Part shown: one piece after another, positions 9,202 to 19,255 of the stretch
Layout: each line of letters opens with the position of its first letter
How positions within the stretch are numbered: position 1 is the stretch's first letter
The notes under the pieces: generated by a model
Told to the model about the DNA's origin: nothing
What the model saw: the letters and a program-made list of their open reading frames with translations, nothing else
The model's database searches: none
Translations under genes and position numbers: made by a program
Origin: Opitutales bacterium
GTDB lineage: Bacteria; Verrucomicrobiota; Verrucomicrobiia; Opitutales; UBA2987
DNA: 64,000 nucleotides
Assembly (NCBI GenBank): GCA_965226885.1
Contig: CBDDEL010000013.1
Span: 480,001-544,000, forward strand
Reading direction: 5' to 3'

Positions 9202-10344
9202 ATAGCCCGCCACCAGCCCGTAAACGCGCTGCCGCAGCATCCCCAATACCTCATGGCGTACTTTGCCCTTCTGCCGTTTGTCCACTAACTGTCGGGCCGC
9301 TCGTTCGGTCAAGCCCAACTGCCGATCCACTTCCCGGATCAAAAGCAGTCCGGCATCCGAAGTAACCTCTCCGCCCTTGAAATCAACCCGCACACGGCGG
9401 CCTTTTACCCTTGTCAACTGGGTAGTGTATAAAAAAAGAATGTTATTCTGTATTTTTAGCTGTACAAATAGCGTTAGGCAGTTTATTCTTAGTGCATGGT
9501 TACTAAAATTATTAATTGTCGGCACTGTGGAAGTGAAAATATCATTAAATTTGGCAAGACGCCCAACCATAAACAGCGCTACCGCTGCCATGATTGTGGT
9601 AAACAAAGCCGCGAAAACCCCACAGTGAAATACACCGAAGAGCAAAAAGAAATGATCCTTCGAGTCTATCAGGAACGCAGCAGTCTACGCGGTTTACAGC
9701 GCGCCTTCGGGGTGAGTCCCAACACCGTTTTGAGTTGGTTAAAAAAAACGACAATCGCTGCGACCGCTCAAAAGCACGATTCTTGCGGCCCGCCGCCATG
9801 ATGTCATTGAACTGGACGAACTGTGGTCTTTTGTGGGGCGCAAGAGCGATGCCCAATGGGTTTGGATCGCTCTTTGCCGACGCACCCGTCAAATCCTCTC
9901 CTATGCCATTGGGCCTCGGGATTGGTATCGTTGCCGGGAACTTTACGAGCGTCTGCCACGGGCCTACAAAAGATGTGCCACCTACAGCGACTTTTGGAGC
10001 ACTTATGATGAAGTCTTTCCTCATAACCGATCCGTGGGAAAAGAAACCGGTGAAACGGCCCATGTGGAACGATGGAACAATACCCTGCGCCAACGACTGG
10101 GTCGTTTCACACGCAAAACCCTCTCCTTTTCCAAGCTTAAGAGTATGCATGAAACCTGTCTGAGACTTTTCATTCATCAATATAATCAAGAATTAGCCAC
10201 CATTCCTACTTAATACACTACCGTCAACTGCAGCTTTAATTGTTTACCTTTTGTCATCGCTGATATTGCTTTAATTATTGATCTATCCTGCTGTATATCA
10301 GCAGTTAAGCATATCAACGATACTTTTTTTACGAAATATCCGGG
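9202..10344 (-). mobile_element. IS1380 5' remnant (9202-9420 + 10223-10344) interrupted by IS1
   Basis: Matches the first ~330 bp of IS1380 including IRL ending 10344. Confidence 0.9.
9421..10222 (+). mobile_element. IS1-family type A, complete (802 bp)
   Basis: IR GGTAGTGTAT; 8-bp TSD GTCAACTG; InsA from 9496, A8C slippery run 9741-9749, InsB ending 10213. Confidence 0.96.
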
Positions 10345-10481
10345 TTAGTCGTCTTTACAAAGAGATTGGTAGTTTAAAGTAGTTCTTATTGGCCTATTTA
10401 TTAAATACCAAATTAATAGTCTATGCGTAGAAAATTATCGTAGAAAATTATGGTCGTAATTTATGCCCATGATTCTATTTT

Positions 10482-11903
10482 TCAGGCTCGAAAAGACGGG
10501 CGTTTCAGGTGAAAATCTGTTTCCTTCTGGAATGCCGTGGCAATATCAATAATCCCCTGTTCGTCCCAGGCCGAGCCTACCAAATGCAGGGCCAGCGGCA
10601 TACCCTCCTTATCAAAGCCGCAAGGAATGGATATTCCCGGCAAACCGGCAAGGTTTGACAACCGCATCAGATGTTCCTTCCCCTGGCCGGGAAGCGAATC
10701 CGGACTATTCTTTTTTGCCTTGATAAGCCCGGCACCCTTAATGCGCGTTGGAGCGATCAAAGCCCTGTAGCGCGTTAACAGTTCATCCGATTCCTGCGTT
10801 ATCATCTGTCGGATACGTTGCGCTTTTATGTAGTCGGATGCCGGCAGCATACTATCGGCAAGGAAGTGTGCGCGACGGCTGGCGGTAAACATTCTGGCAA
10901 TACGCTTATCATCATAGAGCGCCTTGAAAAAGGTTCCCGCTTCGGCGTAGTCGGTAGTTTTATAAACTTCGCGGTAGGGTCTATCGGGCAGGACGATCTC
11001 CTCCAGCTCGAATCCGAGGTTTTGAAAAATTTTCAAAGCATTCTCAAAAATCTTTTGGTTGGGGGCGGGGGCACGTTCGAATTCCGCTCCGACCAGCGCG
11101 ATTTTTTCACCGGTATTTTCAAGAGGCGTTTTTCGAAATTGAAAATTTCTTCCACCCGATAACTTGCTTCGTGAATCCTGTCCGGCAATGGCTTCGAGGA
11201 TAAGACCGCAATCAAATGCCGTCCGCGCCATGGGTCCCACTTTATCCAGGCTCCAGGACAAAGACATGCAACCAAAGCGGCTCACTCGGCTGTAGGTGGG
11301 GCGAAGCCCCGTAATCCCGCAAGAAGCCGATGGATAAATAATCGAGCCTCCTGTTTCCGTCCCAAGTGAAAAACCAATTAAGGCGGCAGCTGTAGCGGCA
11401 CCCGAACCGGTGGAAGAACCCATCGTTGTTCGATCCAGTTTCCAGGGATTGTGCGGGTATTCAAGAAGGTGGGAACGGGTCGAGCCACCGGCAAATTCGG
11501 ACATAGCTAACTTGGCAGCCAGAATGCCACCCGGCGCATCTAGTTTTTCCACCACCGTTGCATCCCGGTCCGGCACTCGATCAGCAAAAATACTTGAACC
11601 CCATGTTGTTCTGATATGTTTGGTATCGAAAAGATCTTTCACGCCATAGGGAATTCCATGCAGAGGACTGCGAGGACCCGTTCGGCGAATCTCTTCCTCC
11701 GCCTCTCGCGCTTTACTCAGCGCCAGCTCTGGCAGTGAGGTGATGATGGCGTTTAACTTCGGCTCGTAAGCCTCAATCCGTGCCAGATAGGCCTTCGTCA
11801 ACTCCACAGGAGAGAGTTTGCCACTTTCTATTTCGCGTGAAAGTTCGGCAACCGACTTGTAGCAAAGGTCATCGTAGTGAAGTGGACGGGGTTGTTTGGA
11901 CAA
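10482..11903 (-). CDS. Amidase-signature (GatA/AtzE-like) amidase; native start cut off by IS3
   Basis: PYGVKD, GSSTGS, GTETGGS (Lys/cisSer/Ser triad); native ATG ATC TA lies at 13218-13211 beyond the IS; track start TTG 11903 is inside the IS end. Confidence 0.88.
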   Translation of the reverse strand: MSKQPRPLHYDDLCYKSVAELSREIESGKLSPVELTKAYLARIEAYEPKLNAIITSLPELALSKAREAEEEIRRTGPRSPLHGIPYGVKDLFDTKHIRTTWGSSIFADRVPDRDATVVEKLDAPGGILAAKLAMSEFAGGSTRSHLLEYPHNPWKLDRTTMGSSTGSGAATAAALIGFSLGTETGGSIIYPSASCGITGLRPTYSRVSRFGCMSLSWSLDKVGPMARTAFDCGLILEAIAGQDSRSKLSGGRNFQFRKTPLENTGEKIALVGAEFERAPAPNQKIFENALKIFQNLGFELEEIVLPDRPYREVYKTTDYAEAGTFFKALYDDKRIARMFTASRRAHFLADSMLPASDYIKAQRIRQMITQESDELLTRYRALIAPTRIKGAGLIKAKKNSPDSLPGQGKEHLMRLSNLAGLPGISIPCGFDKEGMPLALHLVGSAWDEQGIIDIATAFQKETDFHLKRPSFRA

Positions 11904-11965
11904 TTTTGACGTGGGATTAAGGTGGAAATCGTGTTCATATTATTTTTTAAAAATATATTTTGTCC

Positions 11966-12829
11966 TTAGCCAAAGACGGGCACGCAGGTGCCCGCAAGCT
12001 GTATTGGCGGGGAGGTTGGTTTTGCTCCGATTGCATGGACTTCGGCCGGGGTCCGGTAGCCCAGGGCTTGGTGGGGGCGCAGGTGGTTGTAGAAGTCCAG
12101 GTAGCGGGCTATCCCTTCGCTGGCTTCCTTTGCCGTGGCGTATTCGCGCAGGTAAATGTCTTCATACTTGAGGGTTCTCCAAAAGCGTTCAACAAATATG
12201 TTGTCCAGGTAGCGGCCACGCCCGTCCATGCTGATGCGCACCCCGGCTTGCCCCAGCACCGAGGTGAACTCGCTGCCGGTAAACTGGCTGCCTTGATCGG
12301 TGTTGAAGATTTGAGGTTGGGCCCGCCTCAGAGCTTCCTCCAGGGCGAGCACACAGAAGCGGCTCTCCAGGGTGTTGGAAAGCTGCCAGCTCAACACGTA
12401 GCGGCTGAACCAGTCCAACACCACGGTCAAGAAAAGGAATCCTCGGCTCAGCCGCAGGTAAGTGATGTCGCTGCACCATACCTGGTCGGGCCGCTCGACC
12501 GCCAAACCCCGCAGCAGATAAGGGAAAATGCGGTGCTGCCGGTGCCCCTGGCTCAAGTTTCGACGCGGATAAATAGCCTCCAGGCCCATTTGGCGCATGA
12601 GCCGCTGGATGCGGCCTCGTCCCACTGCATGGCCCTCTCGACGCAGCCACTGGGTCATCCGGCGAGAACCAAAAAACGGATATTGGGTGTAGAGCTCATC
12701 CATGCGATGCATGTAGAGAACGTTCTGCTCGCACTGGGCACGGGCCCGATAGTAATAGCTGCCGCGGGCCAGCCCCAGCAACTGACATTGCCTGCCGATA
12801 CTGATTTTTCCTTGAAGTGGTTGCACCAT
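11966..12829 (-). CDS. IS3 transposase OrfB
   Basis: WCSDITY, FNTDQGSQFT, DNIFVERFWRTLKYE. Confidence 0.94.
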   Translation of the reverse strand: MVQPLQGKISIGRQCQLLGLARGSYYYRARAQCEQNVLYMHRMDELYTQYPFFGSRRMTQWLRREGHAVGRGRIQRLMRQMGLEAIYPRRNLSQGHRQHRIFPYLLRGLAVERPDQVWCSDITYLRLSRGFLFLTVVLDWFSRYVLSWQLSNTLESRFCVLALEEALRRAQPQIFNTDQGSQFTGSEFTSVLGQAGVRISMDGRGRYLDNIFVERFWRTLKYEDIYLREYATAKEASEGIARYLDFYNHLRPHQALGYRTPAEVHAIGAKPTSPPIQLAGTCVPVFG

Positions 12830-12839
12830 CTTGCGCCTC

Positions 12840-13145
12840 TCACCAACCGAATTGTTCAGACTTTTTTTTTAGCCAATCGCATTCTACTTTCAGCTTTCCA
12901 ATCTCCTGGTAAAGGTGATCTTTTTCCGTCTCGTTGTCCTTGCTGAGAGTCTGCCGCTGGCGCGAAAACAGCTCCGTTGCTCCCTGCAAAAGCTGCTTCT
13001 TCCATTGGGTCACCTGGTTGGGATGCACCTCAAAACGACCGGCGATCTCGTTGATGGTATGAGCGCCCCTGATGGCTTCCAGGGCCACTCGGGCTTTAAA
13101 CTCAGCACTGTATTGTCTTCTCTTTCGTGATTTAATAACATTCAT
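12840..13145 (-). CDS. IS3 transposase OrfA
   Basis: RRQYSAEFKARVALEA...VHPNQVTQWKKQL...LYQEIGKLKVECDWLKKKS. Confidence 0.93.
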   Translation of the reverse strand: MNVIKSRKRRQYSAEFKARVALEAIRGAHTINEIAGRFEVHPNQVTQWKKQLLQGATELFSRQRQTLSKDNETEKDHLYQEIGKLKVECDWLKKKSEQFGW

Positions 13146-13220
13146 AGGTTAGCGGATTTAGTGGTTCAAGACCACCTTATTCCACTGTCCAGTTTTCCCC
13201 GTCCATTTCATAGATCATAT

Positions 13221-13502
13221 TTAACGCTGAAACCCAAGAAGTGGCTCCACATCGTCGGGAACGGGAAAATCACGCAAAATCTTGTGCTCCTTGAGCTTGA
13301 AGGCGAGAGCGGTCCGCAGTTCTTCAAACAGCTCTGAATCTTCATAAATCCCACGTTCACCCTGGGCGTCAAGCAAAGCCATTACCCTCTCCCTGGATAT
13401 CTCGCCCTTCTCTTCTACTTCAGCTGCCGCCGCCTCCCAGAGGTTTGGAGAAATGGCCGCTGCCCCGAGCGCCAAACCAAATTTGCGTCGTGAATATTTC
13501 AT
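13221..13502 (-). CDS. Small Tat-signal protein directly upstream of amidase (GatC/AtzG-like partner?)
   Basis: MKYSRRKFGLALGAAA...AAA; C-terminus FPVPDDVEPLLGFQR; stop 2 nt before the native amidase ATG. Confidence 0.7.
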   Translation of the reverse strand: MKYSRRKFGLALGAAAISPNLWEAAAAEVEEKGEISRERVMALLDAQGERGIYEDSELFEELRTALAFKLKEHKILRDFPVPDDVEPLLGFQR

Positions 13503-13757
13503 TCAAGATTACCCATCTGAATATTTACAGTCGCTGAATATAGAGGTGTTCCTGTAATTTGGGTGAACTGTGTTCCTTTCAAGAAGTATTTTCAATCTTT
13601 TCCTTCGTTAATTACCGAACAACGACCAAACCCTTTACGAGGGTAGTAATTATCGGCTTTTAGAGCTTTTCAATGAATCCAGCCGGAAATATGTTTGGAT
13701 AAATCAACATTGATATTCTTATCGTGAGGAATGATAACTCCAACCTATTAAGCAGTC

Positions 13758-16571
13758 ATGAAATTGAAATATATCGTAGCTTTATTTGGAATTGTAGTGA
13801 CCACTGTATTGACCGCTGAAATTTGGCGAGAAAGCACTTTTGAGGATTTTCGCGACGGAACCTTTGGAGACGGCGGTGCTAATACTTATGTCTCCGCCGG
13901 AGGCCGGATTCAAAACATCAACCGGTGGGATGCCAATGACGACGGTTATGTCGATCTGTTGTATGCAAATTCCCATCCTTATGCCGTTCAGGTCGATCTC
14001 TCGATTTATTGGGGAAACGGTAAGGACTACAGTATACAAAACCATTCCTATGTGCCGGGGTGGGGTCCTGAAACGGTAACACCCGCCGATTTCGATAAGG
14101 ATGGCGCGGGCGATCTGGTTCTGGCCAATCGGCAAAACGGAACGTCGGATGATATGGAAAGCTTTGTCTATTACGGTGGTCTGGACAGTCCCGATTTCTC
14201 TAAAAAGCCAAATCAATGGGCGTTCTATCCTTTCAGAAAAAAAACCGTTTTACCCATCGAGGGTTCCAATAATAGCGCTGTGGGAGATATTAATGGAGAC
14301 GGAAATCTCGATATTGTTTTCGCCAAAAATGGAGTGGCCCGGCTTTTTTGGGGAAAGGGTGGGGGCGAGTTCAATACCAATGATCCTACCGATCTCCCTG
14401 TGTCCGACACCACCGATGTCGCAGTTGCCGATCTCAACGAAGACAACTGGCCGGATATTATCTTTAGCGGAATGAAAGACCTATCGGTAGTGCTATGGGG
14501 AGGTCCGGAGGGCATATCATCTGACCGCCAACTTGAGCTGCCAACTAGCGAGGCCCACTCTGTGGAGGTCGCAGATGTCGATAACGACGGCCGGCCCGAC
14601 CTTATTTTCGCCAATAGAAAAGGCGAGTTTTCCTGGATTTATCTCAACCGCGCCGGTTCCTACGGTCAAGACCAACTGTTGGAATTCGAGACGCACTCGG
14701 CCAGGGACAGCGTTGTGGCCGATTTCAACAACGACGGGCTGGCCGATGTATTTTTCACCACCCACGATGTCAAAGGATTCCGCCTGGCGGATTCCTACCT
14801 ATATTTTGGTACGGTGGATGGCTTTTCCAACGAGAGCCGTTTCGGTTTCAAGACCATGGGCGGTTGGGGGGCGTCCGCCGCTGACCTCAATGAGGACGGT
14901 TGGATCGACCTGTTAGTGAGCAACTTTGAAGAGCATAACACCTTTGAACTGCCTACGTTTATTTACTGGAATTCACAAGACGGGTTTGATATTTCCCGGC
15001 GAACCCCCCTCTATGAGCACGGAGCCAAGGGCAATACGGTGGCCGATTTCAATGGAGACGGTCATCTCGATGTGTTGATCGTTTCTACCATGACAGGGAG
15101 TCGAAATGAGTATCACCAGAACTATCTCTACTACGGAAACGCGGAGGGGCTTTATAATATTGAGAACCGCCTGGAACTGACCGGGCACATGTCTCAGTGG
15201 GGAGGCATGTCGGACATGGACGACGACGGGCAGGTAGACATCGTTTTTTCCAACTATAACGAGGATAACCTGACAAAATGGGGTTACCAGGATCTCTACA
15301 TCTATTGGAATGAGGGTAACAGTTTTGACTTCTATCGGCGCACTGGTTTGCCTATCTATAAGGTGCATGGTGGTCTGGTCATCGCGGATCTGGATCGCGA
15401 CGGCTACCTCGACATCCTCTCCGGCCAGGAGAACGCCTATCCAGAACCGGACAAGGTAGAATCCGGCTCCCTTATCTACTGGGGGGGGCCGCAGGGTTGG
15501 GTAGTCTCCGATCGTTCAATTCTTCCGGTGCTTGATTGTCGGCAGCCTGCCATAGCCGATTTGAATGGCGACGGTCATCTGGACCTTATTTTTGGCAACT
15601 ACGGCTCTGAAATGGACCAGACCGGATCGATATTTTTCAACGACGGAACCCGCAACACAGACAATTGGCGCCGCCAGTGGGTTGAGGGCACTGAAAAAAC
15701 GGGCCAGCTTCAGGTTGCCGATCTCAATAAGGACGGTTTTCTTGATATTGTTTTCACACGGGGCCGGAAAACCGAGGATTTCTTTTTTATCTATTATGGC
15801 GATGAGGAAGCTGCCTACAGCATTGACCGAAGGGTGAAAATGGAAGGCGTGTGGGCCAAAACGATGAATGTCGCCGATGTAAATGCGGATGGCTGGCTCG
15901 ACCTTCTTTGCGCCAATTACTGGCATCCCAGCGAACCCTACGGTCGCGACGGTTACTCCGATACCCTGCTGGGCGGGCCAGACGGATTTCGCCTTGATCG
16001 CAAGATTTCACTGCCCACCAAAGGGGGCGATGGAGCGTTGGTCACCGATTTCAATTTCGACGGCTATAACGATATCATGTGGTTCTGCCATCGGGGCGAT
16101 GGAGACGTTAATGCGATAGGCCAATACGGCGATCACATAACCGAGTCATTCCTTTACTGGGGAAGTCCAACTGGTTATAGCGAAGAGAATCGACTGAGTC
16201 TTCCCGGACGCGGCGTTCATTTTCGCAAAACGAGCGATGAACTCGGGCACATATTCAACCGCGGCTTTCTTTTCGATTATATTTCCTCCCCCTATCGCAG
16301 CCATGCAAAACAACCCATATGGATCAATTGGCTGGCTGAAGAACCGCACCGCAGCTCTGTCCGTTTCCAGGTGCGGGTGGCGTCAACACTGGAAGGACTG
16401 GAAGATGCAGCCTGGGCAGGCCCCGCTGGTGGAGGGACAGCCTTTACCGCGCGGAATAGTTCACTCAAACACCTGCCAATAACCGAGTGGATTCAATACC
16501 GGGCCATCCTCGATACCTATAATGGCATCCACTCTCCCATTCTCACAACTGTGGAAATCGCCTTTGAGTAA
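13758..16571 (+). CDS. Secreted FG-GAP/VCBS repeat protein (937 aa)
   Basis: Signal peptide; more than 12 repeats of D-[LFIV]-[ND]-x-DG-x-x-D-[LIV]. Confidence 0.9.
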   Translation: MKLKYIVALFGIVVTTVLTAEIWRESTFEDFRDGTFGDGGANTYVSAGGRIQNINRWDANDDGYVDLLYANSHPYAVQVDLSIYWGNGKDYSIQNHSYVPGWGPETVTPADFDKDGAGDLVLANRQNGTSDDMESFVYYGGLDSPDFSKKPNQWAFYPFRKKTVLPIEGSNNSAVGDINGDGNLDIVFAKNGVARLFWGKGGGEFNTNDPTDLPVSDTTDVAVADLNEDNWPDIIFSGMKDLSVVLWGGPEGISSDRQLELPTSEAHSVEVADVDNDGRPDLIFANRKGEFSWIYLNRAGSYGQDQLLEFETHSARDSVVADFNNDGLADVFFTTHDVKGFRLADSYLYFGTVDGFSNESRFGFKTMGGWGASAADLNEDGWIDLLVSNFEEHNTFELPTFIYWNSQDGFDISRRTPLYEHGAKGNTVADFNGDGHLDVLIVSTMTGSRNEYHQNYLYYGNAEGLYNIENRLELTGHMSQWGGMSDMDDDGQVDIVFSNYNEDNLTKWGYQDLYIYWNEGNSFDFYRRTGLPIYKVHGGLVIADLDRDGYLDILSGQENAYPEPDKVESGSLIYWGGPQGWVVSDRSILPVLDCRQPAIADLNGDGHLDLIFGNYGSEMDQTGSIFFNDGTRNTDNWRRQWVEGTEKTGQLQVADLNKDGFLDIVFTRGRKTEDFFFIYYGDEEAAYSIDRRVKMEGVWAKTMNVADVNADGWLDLLCANYWHPSEPYGRDGYSDTLLGGPDGFRLDRKISLPTKGGDGALVTDFNFDGYNDIMWFCHRGDGDVNAIGQYGDHITESFLYWGSPTGYSEENRLSLPGRGVHFRKTSDELGHIFNRGFLFDYISSPYRSHAKQPIWINWLAEEPHRSSVRFQVRVASTLEGLEDAAWAGPAGGGTAFTARNSSLKHLPITEWIQYRAILDTYNGIHSPILTTVEIAFE

Positions 16572-16602
16572 ATTTTCAGATTATTTATTAACCAATCGAT
16601 TG

Positions 16603-19104
16603 ATGAGTAACCCGTTTTCTGAATTGAATTTCAGGTCTATTATGCTTTGCCTATTAATGTTGCAGGCTTTGGCGCTTGCAGCGATTTCGGGATCGGCAGA
16701 CGACGAGCCCGAGGTATTCAAGCCGGGTCTGGTAGGCCTCAATTACAACGGCGATCAGTTTTCTCGCCCGGACGGAATCGGCTATTTGCTCGGGGTCGAT
16801 CACGATTGGGGATCGGCTGGAGGCAATGACTGGTCTGCTTCCTGGTATGGATTCATCGAAGGTCCCATCTCTGGCGAAGTTATTTTTACTGTAGAAGCCA
16901 ACGACGGTATACGACTGACGATCGGCAATACTTTAGTTATAGACGGTTTGGAATTAAATGGTTCCCGTAGGGGTTCCGTTCGGATGAAAAAAGGGGCGAT
17001 ATTCCCAATGATATTAGATTTCACCACCAATCGCGGCTTGGCAAAACTGAAGCTTTCCTGGCATTGGAGTGGAAGTTCTCCCGGCATCGTTCCGCCGGCG
17101 GTTTTGAGCCACACCTTGAACCTGCTTCCGGATGAGGTGAGGACTGAGTTCGACCTGATTCCCAAAATTCGTTTCCAACCCGCAAACGATCCCTTTTCTA
17201 TAAAAGAGCAACCAAAACAGGCGCAACTGGACCTGGCGGATGCAATAATTGTGATAGCCGGTAAAGGAAAAATCCTAAGCAACGCGGCGGACATGCTCCG
17301 CGATGAAATTTTCAAGAGAACAAGAATTGACCTGAAGATCGCTTCTGAAGTCCCTATAGATGGCAAGCCCGCGATTCTCCTTGGAACAGCGGAAGTTCTA
17401 TCTAAGCATGGGATTTCAGTTCCAAAAGGTCTGAAATTACCGAACAAGATCGATGGCTATGCGCTGTGGACATCCGTTGAGGAAGGCGGCCAGAAATTTG
17501 TTTACTTAGCGGGACATGATGAAAGGGGCGTACTTTATGCCGCCGGGCGGCTTCTGCGGACACTTTTCATGGCTCGTGACAGAGTCAGTCTGCCCCAGGG
17601 AACAACGGAGGCATCTGCTCCGCTAATCGCGTTACGCGGACACCAGATCGGGTATCGTCCAAAAACTAATTCTTATGATGGTTGGACCCTGGGAATGTGG
17701 GAGCAATATTACCGCGATATGATTATTTTTGGGACCAACGCGGTTGAACTTATTCCGCCACGAAGCGATGATGATTTGGACAGCCCACATTTCCCGCGGC
17801 AGCAATTAGCCATGATGGAGGGCATGTCGCAGTTGGCCAAGGATTATGGGTTGGACGTATGGATCTGGTTTCCGGCTATAGACGAAGATTATACGAACGA
17901 AGAAACGGTAAAAGCAGCTTTGGACGAATGGGGGGAGGTGTTTCGAAAACTGCCCAAAGTCGATGCCGTTTTTGTGCCGGGTGGAGATCCCGGCAACACT
18001 CATCCGGCCGTCTTGCTTCATTTCATGGAAAGGCAGAAGCGCAATTTGAACCAATATCATCCAAAGGCCCAAATGTGGGTTTCCCCTCAAGGTTTTGACC
18101 GACCCGGAAAAAACCGCGATGGATGGATGGGCATTTTTTTGGATATTTTGAAAAGTGACGAACCGGAATGGCTGGACGGTGTTGTGTTCGGGCCTCAGGT
18201 AGAAATGAGCCTTTCGGAGTTGCGGGAGGCGGTTCCGGCTAAATATCCTATCAGGCGTTACCCGGATATCACCCACAGCGGGGGTGGTCAGTACGAAGTA
18301 CCCGATTGGGATTCGGCCTTCGACGACACGCTTGGGCGTGAGCCGATTAACCCGCGGCCCTATGCCTATGCCAGGATTTTTCGCGAAATAATGCCTTATG
18401 CAATCGGAGCCATCACTTACAGCGAAGGCTGCAATGACGACGTCAACAAAGTTATCTGGAGTTCGCTCGGTTGGGACCCCAATCGCGACGTGGAAACGAT
18501 ATTGAGGGAGTATAGCCGCTATTTCATCGGCAGACGCTTTGAGGATGCATTTACCGAAGGGCTGGTTGGACTTGAGGAAAACTGGGCGGGTCCCCTGGCG
18601 CAAAACGATGTCGTCTATGAAACATTGAAACGCTTCCAGGAAATGGAAAAGTGGGCCACGCCCCGGGAAAAGCTCAACTGGCGATTCCAGCAAGGCCTCT
18701 ATCGCGCCTATTATGACGCCTACATAAAAGCTCGTCTCCATTACGAAACAGAGTTGGAGAAAGAGGCGATCGAAGTTCTCGGAAAAGCGCCTGAACTCGG
18801 ATCCCTCAACGCAATGGACCGGGCCGAGGCCATTTATGAGAGAGCCGTTACTGAGAGGGTGCGCCCGGAGTGGCGAGCGCGTGCTTTTGAATTGGCCGAG
18901 GCTCTTTTTCAAAGTATTCGCATGCAATTAAGCGTTTGGAAATACCAAGCCATCCGGCTCAACCGGGGCGCGAATCTGGATAGCATTGATGAGGCGCTTA
19001 ATGAAAGGAAGCGGATCGTGCGCAGATTTGTTCTATTGCGAAAACTAGGGTCTGAAGAGGAGCGACTCGGCGGCATAGCCAAAATTGTTGAATCATTGAA
19101 ATAG
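16603..19104 (+). CDS. Secreted PA14 + GH20/GH67-type N-domain + putative TIM-barrel glycoside hydrolase
   Basis: Signal peptide; WSASWYGFIEGP...NDGIRL (PA14); AGHDERGVLYAAGRLLR; LRGHQIGYRPKTNSYD; start moved to ATG 16603. Confidence 0.7.
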   Translation: MSNPFSELNFRSIMLCLLMLQALALAAISGSADDEPEVFKPGLVGLNYNGDQFSRPDGIGYLLGVDHDWGSAGGNDWSASWYGFIEGPISGEVIFTVEANDGIRLTIGNTLVIDGLELNGSRRGSVRMKKGAIFPMILDFTTNRGLAKLKLSWHWSGSSPGIVPPAVLSHTLNLLPDEVRTEFDLIPKIRFQPANDPFSIKEQPKQAQLDLADAIIVIAGKGKILSNAADMLRDEIFKRTRIDLKIASEVPIDGKPAILLGTAEVLSKHGISVPKGLKLPNKIDGYALWTSVEEGGQKFVYLAGHDERGVLYAAGRLLRTLFMARDRVSLPQGTTEASAPLIALRGHQIGYRPKTNSYDGWTLGMWEQYYRDMIIFGTNAVELIPPRSDDDLDSPHFPRQQLAMMEGMSQLAKDYGLDVWIWFPAIDEDYTNEETVKAALDEWGEVFRKLPKVDAVFVPGGDPGNTHPAVLLHFMERQKRNLNQYHPKAQMWVSPQGFDRPGKNRDGWMGIFLDILKSDEPEWLDGVVFGPQVEMSLSELREAVPAKYPIRRYPDITHSGGGQYEVPDWDSAFDDTLGREPINPRPYAYARIFREIMPYAIGAITYSEGCNDDVNKVIWSSLGWDPNRDVETILREYSRYFIGRRFEDAFTEGLVGLEENWAGPLAQNDVVYETLKRFQEMEKWATPREKLNWRFQQGLYRAYYDAYIKARLHYETELEKEAIEVLGKAPELGSLNAMDRAEAIYERAVTERVRPEWRARAFELAEALFQSIRMQLSVWKYQAIRLNRGANLDSIDEALNERKRIVRRFVLLRKLGSEEERLGGIAKIVESLK

Positions 19105-19164
19105 CCAGGCCTTCCCCACGGATTTGGATCAAATCAAACCGTAATAGGCCGACAGGGGAGAAGA

Positions 19165-19255
19165 TTGACAAATCACAATGTAAGCAGAAAATTGGATCGA
19201 AATATTGGAATGTAGCGATTTCATCGAACTTGAATGTTCATATGGGAAAACTCGA
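19165..19255 (+). promoter_or_regulatory. Conserved non-coding leader, copy 2
   Basis: Starts TTGACA; aligns to 3095-3187 with one 1-nt indel; ends at TTG 19256. Confidence 0.6.

Larger units (their letters stand above)
11878..13210 (-). mobile_element. IS3-family element type B, complete (1333 bp)
   Basis: IRs TGAAATGGACGGGGAAAACTGGACA / TGAAGTGGACGGGGTTGTTTGGACA; 3-bp TSD TAG at 11875-77 and 13211-13; A9G slippery site at 12861-12870. Confidence 0.95.

Noticed and set aside
7804..9645. 613-aa ORF resembling a transposase with duplicated N-terminus
   Set aside because: Chimera of antisense IS1, an IS1380 remnant and a full IS1380; the real CDS is 7804-9114
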